Origin: Eledone cirrhosa
Taxonomy: Eukaryota
DNA: 64,000 bases
Assembly: GCA_964016885.1 (NCBI GenBank)
Contig: OZ024741.1
Span: 240,870,001 to 240,934,000 of the forward strand
Reading direction: 5' to 3'
Positions 53,982-64,000 of this stretch are shown here, piece by piece; positions within the stretch are counted from its first letter, which is position 1; each line of letters begins with the position of its first letter. A program made the position numbers and the translations under genes. The notes under the pieces are model-generated. The model did not search any database and was not told the origin of the DNA. It saw only the letters and a list, made by a program, of their open reading frames with translations.

Positions 53982-54730
53982 TGGTTTAAGATTAATCAGC
54001 TGGAATTTGCAGACGATATGGGGGTATTACTTAACTCATCAGTAGGTGATTTCCAATATGCACTTGATAGGTTTGATGCTGAGTGCTGCAATGAAAATTG
54101 TCCTCTCAAGGAAGCCTGCTCGGTGCACTCTACTTGTGAACAGAAGTTCCAGTATCTTAGGGTTGTGTTGACGAATAATGGAAGGCAGGAGAATGAATTG
54201 AGTGGAAGAATTGCAGAAGCTGGTGCAGTAATGAACTAGCTTCACCATTAAGTAATCAGAAGAAGGAGGTAGGTGTAAAAGCCAAACTCACTATCTTCAA
54301 TTCGCTATTTGTGCCAACACTCATGTATGGTCATGAATCTTGGCTAATGACCGAAAGAAATAATCACAAATACAATTGGCTGAAATGTGGTTCCTGCAAA
54401 GGGTCCTCCTTGGAGAAACATTACTCAATAGTAGAAGTCACTCAGAGTGTCGTTCCAGATAGAGCCGCTACTTCTCTTAATTGAGAGATCACAGCTCTGA
54501 TATTATTGGCATATAGTTAAAATGTCAGAGGAAAGAATCACTGGACAGATTTTATGGGCATAATCAACCAGCAGGAGACCAAGGGATAGATCTGAAGTAA
54601 GATGGTTGGATAACATCCATGAGCTTGGCTAGTCTTATTTGGAGATCCAACCAAATCAATTGGAGGTGGTTGCTTGTGACAAGACCTGCTGGAAGGAGTG
54701 TTTGAGGATTCTGCTGCCATGAATAAGTGG
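53982..54730 (+). mobile_element. Degenerate RTE (Expander-like) LINE fragment
   Basis: LEFADD, KFQYLRV, RIAEAGAVM, FVPTLMYGHESW motifs, interrupted by stops. Confidence 0.85.
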
Positions 54731-54781
54731 ATAAAGAAGAATATATATATATATAATACATATGTATATATATATATTATA

Positions 54782-54948
54782 TAACGAAGGAGTTGTGGTA
54801 AGGAACCAGATGGACCATAATGCACCAGAGTACTCAATACTTAGGGTAGTAGAGTGGGTAAAAGGAAAATGTATGACCCCGACGGCAGAGTCCAGAAATA
54901 GCCATCGAAATGGCTTGAGCTCTTCCGTCGGGGTCATACATTTTCCTA
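54782..54948. mobile_element. Short fold-back relic with HHR 3' half (same family as 56158-56361)
   Basis: ggaaaatgtatgaccccgacgg is inverted at 54927-54947, and the left extension gagtactc.atactt.gggtagtagagtgggtaa is shared with 56158-56361. Confidence 0.65.
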
Positions 54949-55045
54949 TATATTATATATATGCATATATGTATCATATATATATATATAATATAAGTAT
55001 ATATATAAATATGTATATGTAATATATGTCATACATGAATATTAT

Positions 55046-55450
55046 ATCATCATCATCATCATCACTGTTTTATGTCCATTCTTCCACGTTAGACGTGTTA
55101 TCCTGTTGTTGGCAATGGCAGGTCAGGTGACCAAGTCTTGCTCATGCAGGACTGATTTCGGCTTGATTTCTACAGCTGGATGCCCTTCCTAACATCAACC
55201 TCATATACAGTGAGTATTTAGTGCTTTTTACTGTGGCGCCTACATGACCACTTTGCAGTGTGGACTGGGTTCTTTTTTATCGTGACACCTACACAACCCC
55301 TTTACAGTTGGTGGGTGTGGGGGGTCATACTGTCTATATGCTTCAGCTTTGGCTTGTATCCATGAGAAGTTGGGTCTTCTGTATTACTGCATAACATCAG
55401 AAGTCTCGGTCCTGTGAGAGTTGCAATTGAGCAAGCTCAGCTTTTATCAC
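55046..55450 (-). mobile_element. RTE 3' end with SINE-like UTR, diverged
   Basis: Co-linear with 37090-37500. Confidence 0.7.
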
Positions 55451-55468
55451 CTCATATTATATATATAT

Positions 55469-55534
<66 letters not shown>

Positions 55535-55912
55535 ATATATATATATTATATTATATTTGAACAGGACGTAAGGTTCTATATTTATATCATATATATATCA
55601 TCATCATCATCATCGTTTAACGTCCATCTTCCACGCTTGGATGGGTTTGGATATATATATATTATATACATATATCATATATATAAAAATAGGTATCTTA
55701 TATATATTATATATTAATATATATTACATGTCTAGGGATACGGGAATCAGCAGACAGGACCTGGGGGACAGGGGATTCTGGGGCATGAGAGTGAGATCCA
55801 TCATCTCGACAGTAGTCGACGAGTGATGATGATGATGATATATATATAATATATATTATATATAAAAATCATATATATATTATATATATATCATGTATAT
55901 ATAAATGTATTA

Positions 55913-55956
<44 letters not shown>

Positions 55957-56157
55957 TATATATATAAATATATTATATATATTATATAATATATATATAT
56001 ATCCTATATATATAAATATATTATATATATTATATAATATATATATCATATATATATGAATATATTGTGTATATATATTATATATATATATATATATACA
56101 TATGAATATATAATATATATAAACATATATATATATATAAATTTATATACATATATA

Positions 56158-56361
56158 TCAGAGAGGGTGTGGTAAAAACCAGCTAGACGATAACCCTCCA
56201 GAGTACTCGATACTTGGGGTAGTAGAGTGGGTAATATGAAAAGATTGAGGACCCCAATGGCTGAGCTCCAGCTGTTTTTGACAGCTAGATCCAAACACAC
56301 TTCGGATCTAGCTGTCAGAATGGCTGGAGCTCAGCCATCGAGGTCTTGAATCTTTTCATAT
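56158..56361. mobile_element. Short fold-back relic centred on a putative HHR stem II
   Basis: 56234-56361 is a palindrome. The arms read GAA TGGCTG gagct CAGCCA TC GAGGTC. Confidence 0.65.
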
Positions 56362-57324
56362 ATATATATATATATGTATATATAGGCACAGCTGTGTCGT
56401 TCAGAATTTAATTTTGCATCTATAGTTTAAAATTCAGTCTCACATACTTTGGTGTCTTCTGCTATATACAAGGCTTATGAATGTGATTTCATCGATGCAA
56501 GCCCATTGTGAGTGAGTGTCTTCGTATGTGCCCATGTCAATATTTATGTTTACTGTTTGATTATATAACTTTGCTGTTCAACAAATAGAGATCAATAAAA
56601 TATATACGATATGAAAATGATCAACAAAATTCCATGAAGGCAGTTCCACACACAACATGGCTGCAGTCTACTAAAATAGAATAATGAAAATTATTGTGTA
56701 CAGTGCTCAGGTGCACAACAACTCATCAAAGGTGCAACTATAGTCCATAGAATAATGTACAAATGTCAGGAAAGTTAACTACCGATAGAAACCAGTAAAA
56801 TACTTAAAGAATAACGAGTATTTCAAACTGTTAACATTGGTTAATTTTGAAGAGCAGCACAGCTGAAACAAAGGGACTTCTTTTAAGAAGATAATGAATA
56901 AATTTAATATATTGTTTTATAAGCATCAAGTTCATTCTTTTTGCTGTTTGTTCTTTTTCAAATGAGTATTCATTGGTCAAACCATTGGGTCGATCTAAAT
57001 TTTGAATTTATATGTGAATGAATTGAATTTAGAGATTTGTGAATATATAAACTGGAATATATAAATATGTTAGTCCCCTTTGTGTGTTGTGTACATGATT
57101 TAGAATTTAGTGAATTTTGTGTGTGAAAATGAATATATGAATATACATATAAATATGTCTCTCCTATATATACATATGCACATGCACGCACATTACATAA
57201 ATATATATATATATGTGTGTGTGTGTATATACATATACATATCAATGTGTATATCCTTGCAGGTAAGAATATATGTATTTATACATATATTTATGAAAGC
57301 ATTCGAATTATATATAGGCTAGTA

Positions 57325-57381
<57 letters not shown>

Positions 57382-57533
57382 ATGTGTGTGTGTGTGTATA
57401 TATATATGTGTGTGTGTATATATATATATATATTTGAACTCAGAACATAAAGCTTTGTAAAATAATAGCAAAAGGTATTTTGTCTGTCACACTAATTTTA
57501 CAGACAATATGTATATAAATATGTATATAAATA

Positions 57534-58090
57534 TATTGTTATACTTGGGGAGGGTCATATTTGTGTAATAATATTGCCAGAATTAATAACAGAACACACT
57601 CACTGTTTGGTTGGTTTTCGCTTCTGTGTCTTTTATATCGGTTAATTTAATTTATTCGAACATACATCAAACACGAACACACATCAAACACTATACACAC
57701 ACGCAAACGCATGCGCAGAGAAGACAAAAAAAAATATAATAAATAAATAGACTAAATAAAGATGGTGTAGGCATACAATACAACAGGAGGAAACATAATA
57801 GCACCACTGAGGATGTTGCAGATGTGCAACGAAAGAACTTTGTTAGACTATATATATGTGTTTGTGTCTATATTTTATCTGTATTTTTTACCGTTGGTCA
57901 GTCAATGGTAACATTGAGGACCGAATAAATTAAATTAACCGATATAAAAGACACAGAAGCGAAAACCAACCAAACAGTGAGTGTGTTCTGTTATTAATTC
58001 TGGCAATATTATTACACAAATATGACCTTCCCCAAGTATAACAATATTTGTTTCGACACACGATTTCATATCAAAAACCTCGCAAAACTA
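57534..58090 (+). mobile_element. Naiad-like PLE pLTR fold-back relic (diverged subfamily)
   Basis: 57534-57658 is inverted at 57922-58046 ending GTATAACAATAT. The tail tttcgacacacgatttca is similar to 4659-4678. Confidence 0.85.
57802..57846 (+). ncRNA. Minimal hammerhead ribozyme
   Basis: CTGAGGA T GTTGCA gatg TGCAAC GAAA GAAC TT TG. Stem II co-varies relative to 4452-4496, and stem I is weak. Confidence 0.7.
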
Positions 58091-58272
58091 TATATATATA
58101 TATATATATATATTCTTAGTTCAAATGCCTTTTACTCCAATATTGATGTGGTGAGCAGCACTGAAATACTTGTGTTGATTGAATTCTCAAAATGTGTCGC
58201 CTTTGGAATGAGGGATGATTATAGTTCTTAGGGATTATATGAAGTGGATGCATATATATATATATATATATA

Positions 58273-58733
58273 TGGAAAGTTATATTTAAATTGTTGGGTT
58301 ACAACGAGTAAATATTTATAACTGATATAAAAGCACTCAACAAGTATTTGGAGTATATTTACGATATTAAATAAATGGAAATTATATTTATAAAACCATA
58401 TTTATTTCATTATATATATTTCAGGGATATCATATTAAAAATATGTTATGCCTTCTTCAGACAAAATACAATATAGACAGTCTTATAAATAAATAGATTC
58501 GAGATACCTTTCAACATCGACTTGCATTTGAAAAGTTGATTTGGACTACCAAATCAACTTTTCAAATGCAAGTCGATGTTGAAAGGTATGTCGAATCTAT
58601 TTATTTATAAGACTGTCTATATTGTATTTTGTCTGAAGAAGGCATAACATATTTTTAATATGATATCCCTGAAATATATATAATGAAATAAATATGGTTT
58701 TATAAATATAATTTCCATTTATTTAATATCGTA
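58273..58733. mobile_element. Near-perfect fold-back (~180-bp arms) with HHRs at 58404-58467 (-) and 58626-58689 (+)
   Basis: ATTTTGT CTGAAGA stem II GAAA TATATA TA ATGAAAT in both arms, plus a ~85-nt one-sided extension. Confidence 0.85.
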
Positions 58734-58795
58734 TATATATATATATATATATATGTGGGTGTATAAAACAAATATTCTAATACACACACACACCC

Positions 58796-58842
<47 letters not shown>

Positions 58843-58847
58843 TGCAT

Positions 58848-59236
58848 CAGGATGGAAGGGTCCGTGCATGCAACACATGCAGTGCATGCATTATATAATC
58901 TTGGGTTGATCAATTACGTTGGTTCAAGCAAGCAGAATTCTGGCTGCCTGCTAAATCGTAGACACATAAAAAGATAACACACACACACACATACAAACAC
59001 ACAACAGCGTCGGTTGATGCAAGCAGAATTTTGACTGCTTACTAAATCGTAGACACATAAAAAGATAACACACACATACACACACATACACACACTAGAT
59101 AACACTACATGCGGCTTTGACCGGGAGGGTCATTTAGAGGGAATTGGGGGGGGGGGGGGGTAAGGCTGCACAGCCCCACTTTCCGCCATGGCGATTGGAC
59201 TGCATGTCCTGCTTTCCAGGTTACCCTTTGCCACTG
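58848..59236 (-). mobile_element. hAT-type non-autonomous DNA transposon
   Basis: Inverted copy of 31410-31794. The 8-bp flanks ATATGCAT / ATATACAT are a likely TSD. Confidence 0.8.
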
Positions 59237-59648
59237 ATATACATGAATAAACATTTGATGGCATATGAAGTCTCAATCTATGAAGAATCATGACTATGTC
59301 TATCTGTATCTGTATGGGTCTGTCTTTACATATGAGTGTGTGTGTGGGGGGGGGGGAGCAGTATGATTTTGCTAATGATTATCTATCGTTATATCACATC
59401 ATATATTTAAACAGATTTGTTAATTGATTATATATACTAACTCAGTGTGGTTGACACTCTATCTATCATCAACACTTGTATACAAACACACTCACAAATA
59501 CACAGACACAAAATCATAGCGTCAACTCTATACTTTCCGTTTCGTTTCTCCAGTATATAATATATATATACATATACCGCAGACATACTCGTTATATATA
59601 TGTATATGCATACATATATATACATATATATGTATATATGCATACATA

Positions 59649-59679
<31 letters not shown>

Positions 59680-59906
59680 GTACATATGCATACATATATA
59701 TATATACATACACATATATATATATATATATGTGTATGTATATATATATATATATTTACATACATATATATATATACATATATATATATGTACATATGCA
59801 TACATATATATATATACATACATATATATATATATGCATATATATATATGCATATATATATATATTTACATACATATATATATATATACACATATATATA
59901 TATATG

Positions 59907-60295
59907 CAAAAGTACTATTTAAATTGTTGGGATACAACAAGCAAATATTTTTATAACTGATATAAAGCACTCGACAAGTATTTGGAGTAAATATATGATA
60001 TTAACAAATGGAAACTATATTTATAAAACCATATCTATTTTATTATACATATTTCAAGGATACCATGTTAAATTAGGGTATGCTTTCATCAGACAAAATA
60101 CAATATATACCAGTTTTATAAATAAATATTGACATACCCTTTCAAAATACAACCATTACTTTTGGAAGACATCCCGATGTGTTCCAAAAGTAACGGTCTG
60201 ATGAAAGCATACCATAATTTAACATGGTATCCTTGAAATATGTATAATAAAATAGATATGGTTTTATAAATATAGTTTCCATTTGTTAATATCAT
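59907..60295. mobile_element. Fold-back relic with HHRs at 60036-60100 (-) and 60196-60253 (+)
   Basis: Same family as 58273-58733. CTGATGA AAGCATACC..GGTATCCTT GAAA TATGTA TA ATAAAAT. Confidence 0.85.
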
Positions 60296-60473
60296 ATATA
60301 TATATATATACATATATGTACATGCATATACATATATATACATTTATATATATATATGCATATACATATATATATACATATAGATATATATACATATAGA
60401 TATATACACACACATATATATAGATATATATGTATATGCATACATATATATATACATATATATATATATATAC

Positions 60474-60504
<31 letters not shown>

Positions 60505-60535
60505 CATATATATATACATATATATATATATATAC

Positions 60536-60584
<49 letters not shown>

Positions 60585-60595
60585 CATATATATAC

Positions 60596-60630
<35 letters not shown>

Positions 60631-60669
60631 CATATATATACATATATATATATATATACATATATATAC

Positions 60670-60715
<46 letters not shown>

Positions 60716-60789
60716 GTGTGTGTTTTAGAATATTTGTTCTATACATGCACAAATCTTCGGGTTTTAGTCTTCAAATTTATTATTATTAC

Positions 60790-60821
<32 letters not shown>

Positions 60822-60897
60822 TACCCTTGCAAGCAGGGAAAAGCGACGTATGATGATGATGATGATGATGATGCTGATATATAGACACATATATATA

Positions 60898-60967
<70 letters not shown>

Positions 60968-61025
60968 TACATACGTATATAACCATACACATATATATAT
61001 ATATACATACATACATATATATATG

Positions 61026-61083
<58 letters not shown>

Positions 61084-61308
61084 CATATATACATATATAT
61101 ATATGCATACATATATATATATATATATATATGTATATACACACATATATATATATACATAAAGATGTATATACATATATATATATATATATACATATAT
61201 ATACATATATAAACATATATATACACATATATATATATATACATATATATATACACACACACATATATATATACATATATATGTACATACACACACATAT
61301 ATATATAT

Positions 61309-61368
<60 letters not shown>

Positions 61369-61572
61369 ATATATATATATACATATATATACACACACAA
61401 ATATACAGATATATAGATATATATATGAGTGTTTTATGTATATGCAGATGTGAAACAGTCAAACATGAACTGAGTGGTCACTCAATATATATAAATTGAG
61501 TGTAGATTTTATATCCCTATGTGTCATAATCTGTTGGAATGTTTTCATATACGTGTTAGCAAATATTCAGTC

Positions 61573-61615
<43 letters not shown>

Positions 61616-61618
<3 letters not shown>

Positions 61619-61707
61619 GGTATTCCAAAAAACATATACACACTCCATTCTAATAAATATTGCTTGTACAGGTAATCAAAGTGTGTATACATAGTGTGGA
61701 ATACCCT

Positions 61708-61708
<1 letters not shown>
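61616..61708. mobile_element. 93-bp Tc1/mariner-type MITE
   Basis: TIRs CAGGGTATTCCA / TGGAATACCCTG flanked by TA. Confidence 0.7.
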
Positions 61709-61752
<44 letters not shown>

Positions 61753-61789
61753 TATACGTATATATATATATATACGTATATATATATAC

Positions 61790-61972
61790 TATCCTGATGT
61801 CTTCCAAAAGTAACGGTTGCATTTTGTAAGGGTATGTCAATATTTATTTATAAAACTGGTATATATTGTATTTTGTCTGATGAAAGCATACCCTAATTTA
61901 ACATGGTATCCTTGAAATATGTATAATGAAATAAATATGGTTTTATAAATATAGTTTCCATTTGTTAATATC

Positions 61973-61975
<3 letters not shown>
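61790..61975 (+). mobile_element. Single pLTR arm with HHR at 61869-61933
   Basis: Near-identical reverse complement of 59995-60172, with an intact core. Confidence 0.82.
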
Positions 61976-62027
<52 letters not shown>

Positions 62028-62068
62028 CGAAACATAAGTCAATTGCATGAACTCATAATCCTTTATTT

Positions 62069-62124
62069 ACTACTATATATATTTCGATGATAGCCATTGA
62101 ATGGCTATGACCTCATCAGGCAGT
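62069..62124 (-). ncRNA. Type I hammerhead ribozyme, intact core
   Basis: ACTGC CTGATGA GGT C ATAGCCAT tca ATGGCTAT C ATC GAAA TATATA TA GTAGT, then AATAAA. Confidence 0.85.
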
Positions 62125-62479
62125 TAGTCAGTTCTTAGATATGCCAGCTCTATGTTTATAGTGTTGATGGTATCAGAGCTACCATCAACTGATTTCTTTC
62201 ACCTTCATCACACTTTCAAACCACCACCACCACTACCACCACAAGAATAACATGATATTAAAAATTCTCTCTATATATATATATATTAACACAATCCAAT
62301 CTGTACACTGCTATACAAAATTCTAAAGAATTGCAGAGAATATTTCAACAAATCTGTTCTGGTTATTAACAATGGAAAAACCTCACACCCTCCTTCAGTT
62401 TATTAACAATTATATTAACTCTTAACACACTGGAGTACATCAGCTGTAAATTTACTTTGTAGCTATCAATATACTCAGG

Positions 62480-62530
<51 letters not shown>

Positions 62531-62635
62531 GCATATATATATATATATATATGGATTTTTATCTTTGTATTTATCATTAGTATTATTATCATTAGTATTA
62601 TTATTTATATATATATATATATATAAATATACATA

Positions 62636-62666
<31 letters not shown>

Positions 62667-63202
62667 TATATATGTATGTATGCACATACACACACACACA
62701 CATATATATATACATTTAACTCAGTATTTTTGAAAATTTTACCACACCACCCTACCAATAAACAAATTAAAAACAAACTAAATACAAAAAAAAAACGTAT
62801 AAGAAAAATCAGATAAAGAAAATAAAACGAAACAGAGCAAAGACTCAACCAAAAGTTGAGAAAGAATGGAAATATAATGTACAGAATTCTTTCCATGTTC
62901 TTTTCAAATGTTTACTGAGACAAATGGGTTTGTCTTCAGCATTTGCTTCCAAATTCTTGTGTAAATAATGGTTATTAAAGTGTACAGATGGATGAAATGG
63001 CATTACCAAAGAAAGAAAACGTGTGTCCCCTACCTTGAACATTGTGCTTCCATGTCCTGAGTGTTCTAAGCAAGAAGTTGGAGTGGTGCCAATGCTATTA
63101 GTTCTCCACTATTATATTATGTTTGAGATTCTTACCAAAGTCCCAGCTGAATACACAGCAAAACCACCATAATTCTGCCAGAATTTATATTGCAGCTGAT
63201 CA

Positions 63203-63270
<68 letters not shown>

Positions 63271-63356
63271 CAAGACAGCCAATTTATGTATACTACCCCT
63301 CTCTTGCACCTTCCCTACTCTCTCTCTCTAGTTCTATCTACTTTCTCCCACACTTA

Positions 63357-63416
<60 letters not shown>

Positions 63417-64000
63417 TTTGCATAGTGTTTCTTTTTTTCTTTCTTTCTTTCTTTCTTCCATCAACTGATTTCTTTCACCTTCATCACACTTTCAAACCAC
63501 CGCCACCACCACCACCACCACCACCACAACAACAACAACATGATATTAAAAATTCTAATAGTAACAGTACAATGTAACTTTACTTTTGTAGACATGCACA
63601 TATCATCATCATTCTCATCATTATCATTATCATCATCACCATCAACAGCATCATCAATAGTTTTATGCCCGTTTTATGTGCTGGCATAGATTGTATGGGT
63701 TGTTATATTCTGAGTCAGATCTTGTTCAGATTTACTGGCCACTTTAACAGACAGGAGAGCCACAACTTTCTTCAACGCATCATTTTTCAATGGCTGGATG
63801 CCTATTCTAACACCATCCATTTTACAGAGTGCACTGGGTGCATTTGGTTATGGCACCAGCACTAGAAATTTATATGCCTTTGGCAAAACTAAATTGTTTT
63901 CTCTAACCTATAATCACTAACCACTTACATATGTATATATATTTACACACACTCACATCTATATTTATATATACACCCCGAATATGTATACTTACACACA

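Overview
AT-rich, microsatellite-saturated animal genomic DNA. The repeat families suggest an octopus or other coleoid cephalopod (inference only). No complete host gene is evident, and almost all long ORFs in the track come from (TA)n, (CA)n or (GGT/GAT)n repeats. The window holds RTE-clade and CR1-group LINE fragments, tRNA-derived SINEs sharing the RTE 3' tail, small hAT- and Tc1/mariner-type MITEs, and many Penelope-like element (PLE) relics, mostly inserted in (TA)n tracts. The main signal is about 20 type I hammerhead ribozyme (HHR) motifs, intact or decayed, from several families. Most sit in fold-back PLE termini, and two families have greatly enlarged domain II. Also notable: a Naiad-like PLE endonuclease with an in-frame TGA at a zinc-finger Cys position, an RTE LINE family carrying a SINE body as its 3' UTR, and a 12 x 84-bp repeat that may be a mucin-like exon on the minus strand. 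Coordinates were read by eye and may be off by a few bases.
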